A stretch of DNA of 62,838 bases, counting the filler, from Chiloscyllium plagiosum (lineage: Eukaryota): assembly GCF_004010195.1 (NCBI RefSeq). It is 3 parts of one record of this genome, joined end to end, with 100 filler letters (N's around TTAATTAATTAA, not from the genome) between each part and the next. Parts side by side here need not be neighbours in the genome. Positions count along the whole stretch, not along the records: positions 1 to 26,593 come from NC_057710.1; positions 26,694 to 57,514 come from NC_057710.1; 1 more part is not named here. The stretch is one strand, 5' to 3'. Positions 23,373-36,019 of the stretch are shown one piece after another. A program made the translations under genes and the position numbers. Numbering within the stretch: the first letter of the stretch is position 1; each line of letters opens with the position of its first letter. The notes under the pieces are model-generated. The model was not told where the DNA came from, made no database searches, and worked only from the letters and a program-made list of their open reading frames with translations.

Positions 23373-26044
23373 GGATTATACTGCAGACATGCAGAGAATA
23401 AGTGGTGTCACTGAACAGCTATGTGCTGGTAAAAGTACAGTTACGGGATCAGTAAGCAAAATTGCCACTTTATGTAGCAAAAGGCAAATACCCTGGATTA
23501 TTTGGATGCTCCTGATAAATACAAATATGCCTTCAAATGTATACTGGGAGAAATAAAAGGAGTGAAAATTAAATTGCAGATGAAGCCAGAGGCTCAGCGG
23601 AGGAGTATGAAGGCACATCTGAGAATGTTCGCGATCCAGCCTAAAGTGGCAGTGGAATTTGAACACCTGGTGAATCTGGAAGCGTTGGCACCAGTAACCA
23701 CAGGTAAATGGGCTACTCTCATTGTTCCAGTCTTAATAACGTGGCATAGTGAGTACTGTGGTGACTTTAGGATCACAGTCAACCCCATCCTGAATGCGGA
23801 TCAATACCCCCTACTGCTCAGAGAACATCTATTCAGTGGACTGGGGGTGGAAAGAAATTTTCAAAAAGGGATCTGTTGCAGACCTACCTGCAGACGGGCG
23901 TCACAAAGGAGACTCAGCCACCACTGATGATAACGACATATAGGTGATTTTACTACTGCAAGAGCTTCCTTTAAGTGTCATGTCAGAGCTGGCTCTATTC
24001 CAGAGGGCTGCGGATCAAATATTAAGTGGGTTGCCAAGTTCCCAGTATTATCTGGATAATATTTTTATTACTGGATCCTCTGAAGAGAACCATTTGAAAA
24101 ATTCAGAAGGAACCCTAAAAAGATTGTAGGAGCGCAGCCTACATGGAGTTTTTTGAAGACTCCATAGAGTACTTGGGCCAAGTAATCGATTGTAAGGGAC
24201 CACAAGGTGCCCAAGAAAATGGAGGCTATCAAAAAGGCCACTAGGTGAGGAATGTGTGTCAACCAAGATCGTTCTTGGATCTGGTAAATTACAATGCCAA
24301 TCTTGGGTGCTATATGGCAACTAGGATTCCCTGGTTGGGAAAAGGGTGGCCGTGGAAACAGATCCAGGAATGAGAGGTGGCTGACTGGAAGGTGAAGCAA
24401 TCCTTAAAAAAGGTCAGAAGTGCTAATGCATTTCAATCCGAAGTTGCCACTACAGTTTGTCTGATGCCTCCCCTTATGGCATTAGCGCTGTACTGTTACA
24501 CATCTTACCAAAAGGAGAGAAAGGCCCATTGCGCCTGCATCAATGTCACAAATGAAACAGAGAAGAATCATGCTCAAGTTGAAAAAGAAGGATTGAGCAT
24601 CATGCTCAATGTTAAGAATTTCATCCATTTCCTTTATAGCTGGCACTTCATGCTACTGGCGGACCACAGACCTCTAACCTCTATTTTGGCATGTACACAG
24701 GGATACTGTCAATGCCAGCAGCATATCTGAACAGATAGGCACTGGCTCTGTCAGCCTACTCACTTGAACTCAAATACCAACAGGCAGAGAAGCACAGCAT
24801 TGCAGATGTCAAGGGTGCCATTATTGGGGAATAAAAGACTGGAACCTAAAAAGTATGTACTTATCCCAGGATGACAAGGTGCTGGTTTTGGGCAATCAGG
24901 TGCGGAACACTACTTGGAACAATCTGGTTTAGAGCCGAGTGGTGGACTCAGTCCTAAGAGGGACGATCAGTCATGGAAACTACCCAGAATTATCCCTTAC
25001 CTGCCCAATTGTAGGGAGTTGACTATACTGATGGATATTTAATGTGAGAATGAGAATTGTTAATTCTTTTCCTGTTAAGAGGAAAAGTGCTGGAACAGGT
25101 GCACCAAGGATATCTTTGATGGATGAATGTAGACTTCCAGACTGAGGAGAAAGTGGGATGGATGGATGGATAATCCCATGTAGTAGTAAGAAAGGTGCTA
25201 TGGTTATTGCCCCTTCACCATGGAAACGGCCTCAAATACCATGGCAACAAATTCACATTGATTTTGCAGGACCGGTAAAGGCACAGATGCTACTAATGGA
25301 CGCTCACTCCAAGTGGCCCAAAGTAGTGGACATGAAGTTGTATCAGCGGAAGCAACAATAAACCAACTGGATGAAATATTTGCCAGGCTTGGGAATCCCA
25401 AACAAGTCATGAGTGACAGTGGTCTAGAGTCTGAAGTACAAGTACCTGGAAAATGAGTGTCAGACTTGTGAAATTGACTCTGTGATCACCCTGCAACTAA
25501 CAAGAGATTTGTCCAAACCTTGAAACATGCTTTAAAGACTATATAAGGAGAGGGGTCTCTCTATACCAAGTTACAGTACACACAGTAAAGCATTATTTAT
25601 TAAATTGACAATAATCACCTCACTTTTAAATTCAAATTTGGTTGTAATCAACTCAGCAGTGGAGTGGGGTGAAGAGGGGATTAACTTCACCCTTCCTGAT
25701 TTGATGATAGGAATTCAATTCAATAAAAGATTTAAATTGCATTTTTGATAACAGGATACTCCAAAGCCCTTTACAGCCAATCAAATACTCTTGTTCTGTA
25801 AGCACGTGATTTAGCAAAAAATCTCAGTAAATTTTCACATAGCAAGATCCCATAAAAGCAATTAAGTAAATAAATAGATATTTAGTTTTTAGTTTTTGAC
25901 TAATTGATAAATATTGGTCAAAAAAAAAAGAGACAACTTCCCGACACTAAATAGCATGCATGGTTTGTTACATCCAACCATCAGTGCAGACCGGTTATGT
26001 TCAATCTCTCTGGACAATCAGTTTAAAGTTTTAGTGAATAGCTG

Positions 26045-26222
26045 TAGCTGGTTGATTTTCTTGCAAACGTTTCATCTTCTTCCTGGCTGAAATCTTCAGT
26101 GCTGTGTAGCCTCTGGATGAAGTGCTATCATTATGATCTGTCCAAATTTACACAATTCTGTCTGTTGTGGTGGGTGTTCGACTTCTGGTATTGATCTGTA
26201 GATGGGGTCTATTTCAATGTGT
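26045..26222 (-). mobile_element. 3' end of a second PLE family with a degenerate hammerhead
   Basis: C-terminal motif HIEIDPIY. The minus strand reads gcaCTGAAGA...GAAACGTTtgc at ~26062-26102. Confidence 0.6.
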
Positions 26223-27105
26223 TTCCTATTCATATACCCATCCAAATGCCTCTTTAATGTTGCAATTGTATCAGCCTCCACCACATCCTCTGGCAGCTCA
26301 TTCCATACACGTACTACCCTCTGTGTGAAACGGTTGCCCCTTAGGTCTCTTTTATATCTTTCCCCTCTCACCCTAAACCTATGCCCTCTAGTTCTGCACT
26401 CCCCGACCCCAGTGAAAAGACTTTGTCTATTTATCCTATCCATGCCCCTCAATTTTGTAAACCTCTATAAGGTCATCCCTCAGCCTTCGATGCTCCAGAG
26501 AAAACAGACCCAGCCTGTTCAGCCTCTCCCTATAGCTCAAATCCTCCAACCCTGGCAACATCCTTGTAAATCTTTTCTGAACTCTTTCAAGTTNNNNNNN
26601 NNNNNNNNNNNNNNNNNNNNNNNNNNNNNNNNNNNNNTTAATTAATTAANNNNNNNNNNNNNNNNNNNNNNNNNNNNNNNNNNNNNNNNNNNNCCCACCA
26701 CCCTCTGTCTTCTTACAGCTATCCAATTTCTGATCCAAACCGCTAAATTGCCGTCAATCCCATGTCTCCGTATTTTCTACAATAGACTACCATAGTGAAC
26801 CTTATCAAATGCCTTATTGAAATCCATACACACCACATCAACCACTTAATCCCCATCCACCTGTTTGGTCACCTTCTCAAAGAACTCAATAAAGTTTACG
26901 AGGTACAACCTACCCTTCACAAAACAGTGCTGAGTTTTCCATAATCAAATTATTCCTTTCTAGATGATTATAAATCCTATCTCTTCTCATCCTTTCCAAC
27001 ATTTATCCATAACTGAAGTAATGCTCACTGGTCTATAATTTCCAGGGTTGTCGCTACTCCCCTTCTTGAACAAGGGGATATCATTTCTATCCTCTACTCT
27101 TCTGG
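26222..27105 (-). mobile_element. CR1-type LINE pieces either side of a gap
   Basis: TRGHRFRVRGERYKRDLRGNRFTQRVVRVWNELP on the left. The RT region on the right reads LIEFFEKVT and DFNKAFDKV on the minus strand. Confidence 0.85.
26594..26693. other. Artificial 100-bp assembly gap (44 N + TTAATTAATTAA + 44 N)
   Basis: The linker at 26638-26649 has stop codons in all six frames. An identical construct occurs at 57515-57614. Confidence 0.97.
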
Positions 27106-27109
27106 CACT

Positions 27110-27575
27110 AAACAAAACAAATTAGAGGAAACCTTCAAGACCATCAATAATACCTTTACTGTCATAAAATTCAATAAAGAGGAGGAAAACAACAACAAAC
27201 TGCCATTCCTGGATGTCACAGTAGAGTGAACAGCCAATGGAGAACTTCAATCCAGCATCTATAGGAAAATAACACACATGGACCAAATATTGAACTACAG
27301 AAGCAATCATCCCAACACCCACAAACGAAGCTGCATTAGAATGTTATTTCAATGAGCCAACACACACTGCAGCACAGAGGAACTACACAGAGCAGAGGAA
27401 AATCACCTATACCGTGTATTCAAAAAGAACGGTTACCCAATGAACACAGTCCGCTGATTCTCAGCAACAAACCCAAACAAGCAGACAAAACTCATCCAGA
27501 AACCCTAGCCACTCTCCCCTACATCAAAGACATCTCGGAAATGACTGCCAGACTACTCAGACTCCTTGGCATCAT
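27110..27575 (+). mobile_element. PLE reverse transcriptase C-terminal fragment (Poseidon-like)
   Basis: IKFNKEEENNNKLPFLDVTVE..SIYRKITHMDQILNYRSNHPNTHKRSCIR and TLPYIKDISEMTARLL. Confidence 0.85.
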
Positions 27576-28177
27576 GCTAGCTCTGGCTTTTATTGGTAGA
27601 GGAATTGAGTTCCGGAGCCCTGGGGTCATGTTGCAGCTGTATAAGTCTCTGGTGCGTCTGCATCTGGAGTATTGTGTGCAGTTTTGGTCGTCATACTATA
27701 GGAAGGATGTGGAGGCACTGGAACGGGTGCAGAGGAGGTTTACCAGGATGTTGCCTGGTATGGTAGGAAGATCGTATGAGGAAAGGCTGAGGCACTTGGG
27801 GCTGTTTTCATTGGAGAAAAGAAGGTTTAGGGGTGACTTGATAGAGGTGTACAAGATGATTAGGGGTTTAGATAGGGTTGACCATGAGAACCTTTTTCCA
27901 CGTATGGAGTCAGCTATTACGAGGGGGCATAGCTTTAAATTAAGGGGTGGTAGGTATAGGACAGATGTTAGGATTAGATTCTTTACTCAGCGAGTCGTGA
28001 GTTCATGGAATGCCCTGCCAGTCGCAGTGGTGGACTCTCCCTCTTTATGGGCATTGAAATGGGCATTGGATAGGCATATGGAGGATAGTGGGCTAGTGTA
28101 GGTTAGGTGGGCTTGGATTGGCGCAACATCGAGGGCCAAAGGGCCTGTACTGCGCTGTATTTTTCTATGTTCTATGT
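27576..28177 (+). mobile_element. Young CR1-type LINE 3' end
   Basis: LYKSLVRLHLEYCVQFWS..ERVQRRFTRM..RGDLIEVYK..TRGH..FFTQRVV with an open frame, ending in a ttctatgttctatgt tail. Confidence 0.93.
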
Positions 28178-28179
28178 GG

Positions 28180-30750
28180 TCGAAAGGGGTTCAGGACTGG
28201 AAACTAAATATCCATTCTACTGAAAGATGGGCCGAGGGGACGGGTTGCCTAGTTGTAAGAAATGAAATTACTTCATTTTTTGCTGTCAATTTAAAGTCAG
28301 AAGGCAAAGAATCTGTGTGGGTAAAGTTCAAGAACCAGAATGAGTAAAAGATCCTGATGGGAGTTGCGTACAGGCCCCCTAGCAGTAGTCGGGATATGGG
28401 ACAAAAAATATATCAGGAAATTTAAAAAGCACATAAGAAAGGCACTATTACAATAACAACTAAGGGACTTCAAAATGCAGAAAGACTGGAAAAATCAAGC
28501 TGGTGGAGAATGTCAAGAAAAGGATTTGTAGAATATCTACGAGATGGTTTTTGGAGCAGTAGACTCCACTAGGAAACAGGCAATTCTAGATTTGGTGATG
28601 CGTAATGAGGTGGACTTGATAGGGAGCTTAAGGTGAACGAACCCCTGAGGGAAGTGACCATTACATGATAGAATTCACCCCACAGTTTGAGAGGGAGAAG
28701 CTGGAATCAGACATAACGGTATTACAATTGAGTAAAGTTAACTACAAAGATATAAGGGAGCAGCTGGCCAGAGTTGATTGGAAGGGGAGCCTAATAGGGA
28801 AGACAGTGGAGCAGCAAGGAGGGGAGTTTCTGGAGGTAATTCAGGAAGAACAGAAAAAATTCATCCCAAGAAAGAAGAAGCATATTGAGGGCAGAATCAG
28901 GCAACCATGGCTGACAAGGGATGTCAGGAACAGCATAAAAGCAAAAGAGAAAGTGTTCAATGTGGTGAATATTGGCGGGAAGCCAGAGGATTGGGAACAT
29001 ATTAAAAATTGAGGCTAATTTAAATAAAAACAATAAGGGATAATATGATGAAATATTAAGGTATAATATCAAAGAATGGAGATGCGAGAGTGGATACTGG
29101 ACCCTGGAAAATGAGGCTGGAGAACAGTAATGGGGAGCAAAAATAGCGGAGGTGCTGAATGGGTACATTTCATCAGTTTTCACAGTGGAAGACGCCATAG
29201 AGTGATAGAGATGTACAGTACGGAAACAGACCCTTCAGTCCAAATCGTCCATGCTGACCAGATATCTTAACCTTATCTAGTCCTACTTGCCAGCATTTGG
29301 TCCACATCCCTCCAAATCCTTCCTACTCATATGTACCCATCCAGATGCCTTTTACATGCTGCAATTGTACCAGCCTCTATCACTTCCTCTGGCAGCTCAT
29401 TCCATACACGTACCACCCTCTGAGTGAAAGCATTGCCCCTTAGGTCTCTTTTATATCTTTCCATTATTACCCTGGATCTATGGTCTTCTAGTTCTGGACT
29501 CCCTCAACCCCAGGGAAAAGTCTATTTACCCTATCCATGCCCCTCATGACTTTATAAATCTCTATAAGGTCACCCCTCAGCCTCCGACATTCCAGGGAAA
29601 ACAGCCCCAGCCTATTCAGCCTCTCCTACAGCTCAAATCATCCAACCCTGGCAACACCTTTGTAAATCTTTTCTGAACTCTTTCAACCTTCACAACATCC
29701 TTCCAATAGAAAAGAGACCAGAATTGCACATAATATTCCAACAGTGGCCTAACCAATGTCCTGTACAGCCGCAACATGACCTCCCAACTCCTATACTCAA
29801 TGCCACTCCTCAGCCCATTGGCCCATCTGATCAAGATCCCCAAGACTTCAAGAATCAGGGGGTAGAGATGAATGTAGTAGCTGTCAATCAAGAGAAGACA
29901 CTGAGGATGCTGGAAGATCTGAAGTGAATGAATCACCCGGTTCAGGTGACTACACCCCAGAATTCTGAAGTAGATAGTTGAGGAGATTGTGGAGGGATCT
30001 GTGATCTTTCAGGAATCATGGAGTCAGGGAGGGTGCTGGAGGACTGGAAAATGGCTAATGCAACACTCCTGTTTAAGAAGGGAGGCAGGGAGAAGACAGG
30101 AAATTCTAGGTTAGTTAGCCGAACCTTGGTCTTTGGGAAGATTTTAGTGACCATTATTAAGGATGAGATTGCAGAGTACTTAGAACTGTATGATAAAATA
30201 GGGCTGAATCACCACAGCTTCATCAAAGGGAGGTCATGGCTGAAAAATCTGTTAAAACTCTTCAAGGAGGAATGAGCAAATGAGACTAAGGAGAACAAGC
30301 AGACGTAATCTCTTTGGATTTCCAAAAGGCCTTTGACAAGGTGCCGCACAGGAGGCTGCTAAATAAGATAAGAGCCCATGGTATTATGGTCAAGGTACTA
30401 CCGTGGATAAAGGATTGGCTGACTGGCAGAATGCAGAGAGTGGGGATAAAAGGGTGATTTTCAGGATGGCAGGCAGTGACTAGTGAAGTTCTGCAGCGAT
30501 CTGTGTTGGGACCACACTATTCACGTTATACATTAACCATCGGGACAAAGGAACTGAGGGTATTGTTGCTCAGTTTTCAGATAATGCAAAGGTAAGTGAA
30601 GGCACAGATAGTGTTGAGGAAGCAGGGAGCCTTTAGAAAGACTTGGACAGGCTAGGTGAGTGGGCAAAGAAGTGGTAGATGGAATACAATGTGGAAAAGT
30701 ATGAGGATATGCACTTAGATAGGAAGAATAGATGCGTTTACTATTTTCTA
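28180..30750 (+). mobile_element. CR1-type LINE ORF2 remnant (EN to RT), interrupted by a minus-strand CR1 3' end at 29198-29803
   Basis: GVAYRPP, QPWLTRDVRNSIKAKEK, VLEDWKMANATLLFKKGGRE, DFQKAFDKVPH, MEYNVEK. The nested copy reads LYRTLVRPLLEY on the minus strand. Confidence 0.88.
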
Positions 30751-32096
30751 GAGACCAATAAAGACCTGTTCCTTCCCATTAGTAGCAGCAGCAATGCCTG
30801 CCAGATTGTCACCACATTCAGAAACTCCTGTTTTGATGCTGCTGCGCTTTTTTGCAGATTTTCAAATCCAGCTTTCACAGAAATGCACAGCAACACCTCC
30901 TTTGGGGGTCTCCTTTTGCAGCAAAGTAGACTCAGGGAAGACAGGACACACTCCCTACTTCCCTAACTATAGGATGTAAGTTTAAATATCTAGTGTGAAT
31001 GTTATGGACAGATGCGAGAATGGGTGAGTGAGTGAAGAAGCCGGCACATGAGATGGGTGTGATTGAGGTGCTAGGAAGTTTGAGGAGGTGATAGCCTACC
31101 GGTATTATCATTAGACTATTAATCCAGCGACTCAGCGAATGTCCGAGGGAGAGGGGTTCAAATCACACCACAGCAGATGGTGGTTTGTGAATTCAATAAA
31201 AAAGGTATCTGGAATAAAGAATCCATTGACAACCATGAAACCACTGTTGATTGTAGGAAAAACCCATCTGGTTAACTAATGTCCTTCAGGGAAGGAAATC
31301 TGCCATCCCCACCTGGTCCAGCCTATATGTGACTCCAGAGCGACAGTTATGTGGTTGGCAAAATAGAAACCAAAAGGACTGCAAATGCTGTAAACCTGGG
31401 GATGTTGGAAGTTGTCTCTCAAATGCCCTCTGAAATGGCCAAGTAAGCCATTCAGTTGTATCAATCGCTGCAAAGTCTCAAAAGGAAGTGGAAATAGACA
31501 GATCACCTGGCATTGACCTCAGCAACAGAAAAGATAACGGCAGCAACAGCCCAGTTTGACCCTGCAAAGTCTTCCTCACTAACATCTGGGGGCTCGTGCC
31601 AAAATTGGGAGAGCATTCTCGCAGACTAGTCAAGCAATAGCCTGACATAATCATACTTACAGAATCATACCTTACAGACAATGACCCAGACACCACCATC
31701 CCTGAAAATGTCCTGTCCCACCAGCAGGAGAGACGCAGCAGAGGTAGCCGTACAGTAGTACACAGTCGGGGGACGTTGCCTTGGGAATCTTCAACATTGA
31801 CTTTGGACCTAATGAAGTCTCATGGCTCCAGGTTAAACATGGACAAGGAAACCTCCTGCTGATTATCATGTATCATCCTCCCTCGGCTGATGAATTGGTC
31901 CTCCTCTATGTTGAACTGCACCTACAGGAAGTCCTAAGGATGGCAAGGACACAAAATGTACTCTGGGTGGGGGACTTCAATGTCCACAGTCTGCAGCAGG
32001 TGGTGACGGAGCCAACAAGAGGGAAAAACATACTTGACCTCAACCTTACCAATATGCTAGCTGCAGATGGGACTGTCCATGACAGCTTCAGTAAGA

Positions 32097-32234
32097 GGCC
32101 TTCATTCCTGATGAAGGGCTTTTGCCCGAAACGTCGACTTTCCTGCTCCTCGGATGCTGCCTGACCTGCTGTGCTTTCTCAGCACCACTCTAATCTCGAC
32201 ACTGATTTCCAGCATCTGGAGTCCTCACTTTTGC
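32097..32234 (+). mobile_element. Mini PLE-tail insertion
   Basis: TSD cttcagtaaga (32086-32096) and ctttagtaaga (32235-32245). Contains a hammerhead core and the PLE tail. Confidence 0.85.
32104..32139 (+). ncRNA. Minimal type I hammerhead ribozyme
   Basis: CTGATGA-A-GGGC-TTTT-GCCC-GAA-ACGT-C: complete core, 4-bp stem II, palindromic ACGT in place of stem III and a GUC cleavage triplet. Stem I is weak. Confidence 0.75.
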
Positions 32235-33624
32235 CTTTAGTAAGACTGACCATGACACAGTCCTTGTGGAGTTGAAGTCCCATCTTCACATTGAGAATAA
32301 CCTCCACCGTGTTGTGTGGCACTAACACCGTGCTAAATGGGACAAACTTCAAACAAATCTAGCAACTCAAGACCGGGTATTCATGGGGTACAGTGGGCCA
32401 TCAACAGCAGGGCAATTGTATACCAGCACAATCTGTAACCTCATGGCCTGGTATATCCCCCACTCAACTATTACCGTCAGGCCAAAGGATCAATCCTGGT
32501 TCAATGGAGAGTGCATGAGGGTGTTCCAGGAGCAGCACCAGGCTGAAGATGAGGTGTCAACCTGGTGAAGCCACCAAACAGCACTACTTGCCAAACAGCA
32601 TAAGCAGCAAGTGATAGACAGAGCTAAGAGTGATAGACACAGCCAACGGATTGGATCTAAGCTCTGCAGTCCTGCCACATCCAGTCATGAATGGTAATGG
32701 ACAATTAAACAACCCACTGGAGGAGAAGGCTCCACAAATAACCTCATCTTCAATGATGGAAGAGCCCACCGCATTAGGGCGCAAGATAAGGCTGAAGCAT
32801 TCACATCAATCTTCAGGCAGAAGTGTCAAATCCATCTTGGCCTCCTCCAGTGGTCCCCAGCATTATAGATACAAATTCAATTTACTTCACGTGACATCAA
32901 GAAACAATTGGAGACACTGGATACTGCAAAGATTACGAACCCTGACAACACTTCGGCAATAGTACTGAAGGCTTGTGCTCTAGAATGTGCCACTCCACTA
33001 GCCAAGCTGTTCCAGTACAGTTACAACACTGGCATCTACCCAACTATGTGGAAAATTGTCCATGTGTGTTCTGTACATAAAAAGCAGAACAAATCCAACT
33101 CAGCCAGTTACCGCCCCATCAGTCTATTCTCGGTCATCAGTAAAGTGATGGAAGGTGTCATTGACAGTGCTATCAAGCAGCACCTGATCAGCAATAACCT
33201 GCTCAGTGACGCCCAGTTTGGGTTTCACCAGGGCTGCTCAGCTCCTGACCTCATTACAACCTTGGCTCAAAAATGGACACAAGGGCTTAATTCTAGCGGA
33301 GAGGTCACAGTGACAGTCTTTGATATCAAGGCTGCAACCGACAGAGTGTGGCATCAAGGAATCCCAGAATAACTGGAATCAATGGGTGTCAGGGGTAAAA
33401 CTCTCTGGTGGTTGGAGTAATACCTGGCATACAGGGAGATGGTCGTGGTTGTTGGATGTCAGTCATCTCAGTTCAGCTCAAGGATGTCTCTGCCGGAATT
33501 CCACAGGCTAGTGTCCTATGCTCAAAATCTTCAGTTGCTTCTTCAATGACATGTCCTCCATCCTAAAGTCAGAAATGCGGATGTTTGATGATGATGGCAC
33601 AATGTCCAGCACCATTCACAACTC

Positions 33625-33696
33625 CTCAGAAACTGGAGCAGTCCACTGTCAAATGCAACACTCAGAAACTGGAGCAGTCCACTGTCAAATGCAACA
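33625..33696 (+). repeat. Perfect 36-bp tandem duplication in the LINE RT
   Basis: ctcagaaactggagcagtccactgtcaaatgcaaca occurs twice in tandem. Confidence 0.95.
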
Positions 33697-33725
33697 AGAT
33701 CTGGATAATATCCAGGCTTGGGTTA

Positions 33726-34775
33726 CAGAGTCATAGAGTCATAGAGATGTACAGCATGGAAACAGACCTTTCGGTCCAGCTCGTCCATGCTGACCAGATA
33801 TCCCAACCCAATCTAGTCCCACCTGCCAGCACCCGGCCCATATCCCTCCAAACCCTTCCTATTCAAATACCCATCCAAATGCCTCTTAAATGTTGCAACT
33901 GTATCAGCCTCCACCACATCCTCTGGCAGCTCATTCCATACACGTACCACCCTCTGCGTGAAAAAGTTGACCCTTATGTNNNNNNNNNNNNNNNNNNNNN
34001 NNNNNNNNNNNNNNNNNNNNNNNNNNNNNNNNNNNNNNNNNNNNNNNNNNNNNNNNNNNNNNNNNNNNNNNNNNNNNNNNNNNNNNNNNNNNNNNNNNNN
34101 NNNNNNNNNNNNNNNNNNNNNNNNNNNNNNNNNNNNNNNNNNNNNNNNNNNNNNNNNNNNNNNNNNNNNNNNNNNNNNNNNNNNNNNNNNNNNNNNNNNN
34201 NNNNNNNNNNNNNNNNNNNNNNNNNNNNNNNNNNNNNNNNNNNNNNNNNNNNNNNNNNNNNNNNNNNNNNNNNNNNNNNNNNNNNNNNNNNNNNNNNNNN
34301 NNNNNNNNNNNNNNNNNNNNNNNNNNNNNNNNNNNNNNNNNNNNNNNNNNNNNNNNNNNNNNNNNNNNNNNNNNNNNNNNNNNNNNNNNNNNNNNNNNNN
34401 NNNNNNNNNNNNNNNNNNNNNNNNNNNNNNNNNNNNNNNNNNNNNNNNNNNNNNNNNNNNNNNNNNNNNNNNNNNNNNNNNNNNNNNNNNNNNNNNCCTC
34501 CAGTCTGAAAAACAACCCTCCACCACCACCCTCTGTCTTCTACCTTTGAGCCAGTTCTGTATCCAAATGGCTAGTTCTCCCTGTATTCCATGAGATCAAA
34601 CCTTGCTAATCAGTCTCCCATGGGGAACCTTGTCGAATGCTTTACTGAAGTCCATATAGATCACATCTACTGCTCTGCCCTCATCAATATTCTTTGCTCC
34701 TTCTTATAAAAACTCAATCAAGTTTGTGAGACAGGATTTCCCATGCACAAAGCCATGTTGACTATCCCGAATCAG
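33726..34775 (-). mobile_element. CR1-type LINE 3' part, spanning the N gap at 33980-34496
   Basis: DSQHGFVHGKSCLTNLIEF and FFTQRVVRVWNELPE. gggtt is repeated at 33721-33725 and 34776-34780. Confidence 0.88.
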
Positions 34776-36019
34776 GGTTGACAAGTGGCAAGTAACATTA
34801 GCGCCAAATAAATGGCAGGCTATGACTATCACATTAAGAGACAATCTAATCACTGCCCCTTGACATTCAGAGGTATTACCATCACTGAATCTCCCACTCT
34901 CTACACCCTGGAGGCTATCATTGATCCAAAACTCAACTGGGCTTGCCACATAAACACAATCGCTGCAAGAGCAGGTTAGAGGCTATCAATACTGCAGCAA
35001 CTAACATACCTCCTGACTCCCCCAAAGCCTGTCCACTATTTACAAGGCACATATCAGGAGTGTGTTGGAATACTCCCCACTTGCCTGAATGGGTGCAGCC
35101 CCAACAACACTCAAGAAGCTTGGCTCCATCCAGGACAAGTTGGCCAGGACACTGGCACCACATCCACAAGCATCCACTTCCCCCACCACCAACACTCTGT
35201 AGCAGCATGAGTACTTTCTATTAGATGCACAGTGGAAACTCACCAAAGATCCTCATTCAGCATGTTCTAAACCCACGACCATTTCCACCTCGAAGGACAA
35301 GGGCAGCAGATACATAGGAAAACCACCATCTTCAAATCCCCTCCAAGCTATTCACCATCCTGACTTGGAAATATATCACTGTTCCTTCACTGCCACTAGG
35401 TCACAATCCTGGAATTCCCTCCCTAATGGCCTTGTGGGTCAACCCACAGCAGGTGGATTGCAGCCATTCAAGAAGGCAGCTCACCATCACCTTCTCAAGG
35501 GTAAGTAGGGACAGGCAATAAATAATGGTCAGCCAGCTACACCCAAATCCCACAAAAGTAATTAAAACAAAAGTTAATGTGGAAGCATGGGCAATTCGGT
35601 GGGAGGTATGTAGTCAAGTGAGGGTGGTAATCAGGTCAGGCAGGTTAGTTAGTCGAGGTGTTCAAACTTCTGAACAGTTTTGACAAGATAAAGAGCATAT
35701 TCTGTTTCCAGTAGTTGGCAGATCAGTAACTGGGGGTCATAATTTCAAGACTATCAGCAAGAGAGCTATAAGTGGGATGAGGAAAAACTTCTTTGTGCAG
35801 AGGGTTGGTCAGGTCAAATTGAGGGAATAGTCAGATGGTCAAGGTCAGCTGATTTGGGTTGGTTTTGGGCTGGGTTAGATTGGGGGTACGGATTCATGGG
35901 TTGTTAGTGAATCATGGCTCTGTGGACTAGTCTAGGAGTCAAGGGGAAGATGATGTAGGGAGCGTTTGCTAATTACCCAGATGATTATGAAGGATTTAAT
36001 TTGTTCAACTTTTTAAAAT

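Larger units (their letters stand above)
20640..25570 (+). mobile_element. Gypsy LTR-retrotransposon internal remnant (gag/protease-RT-RNase H-integrase), split by an inverted PLE pair
   Basis: Protease DKEAAVSLIPESEY at ~21190 resumes as VLVKVQL..LPLYVAKG at ~23420. Also KWATLIVPV, CGDFRITVNPILNADQYP, YYLDNIFITG, NHAQVEKEGLSI, LADHRPL and PWQQIHIDFAGP..DAHSKWP. The left boundary is approximate. Confidence 0.88.
31085..35565 (+). mobile_element. Single-ORF APE-RT LINE (CR1/L2 group) with a tRNA-like SINE-type 5' head
   Basis: Head has an A-box-like tagcctaccgg and a B-box-like ggttcaaatc. Coding motifs: TNIWGL, DIIILTESYL, YHPPS, WVGDFNVH, PTRGKNILDL, SYRPISLFSVISKVME, QFGFHQG, FDIKAATDRVWH, FDDD. 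3' tail ggcaataaataatggtcagccagc. Nested inserts at 32097-32234 and 33726-34775. Confidence 0.85.

Noticed and set aside
26045..27575. Oppositely oriented PLE pieces as another inverted pair
   Set aside because: They cover non-overlapping parts of the element and are separated by an artificial gap, so their relative orientation is unreliable.
27352..28101. 249-aa ORF, the longest ungapped ORF in the track
   Set aside because: A chance in-frame fusion of a PLE fragment and a CR1 3' end, not a gene.
33585..34593. Long ORFs of 194-307 aa
   Set aside because: Artefacts of translating through the 517-N gap.
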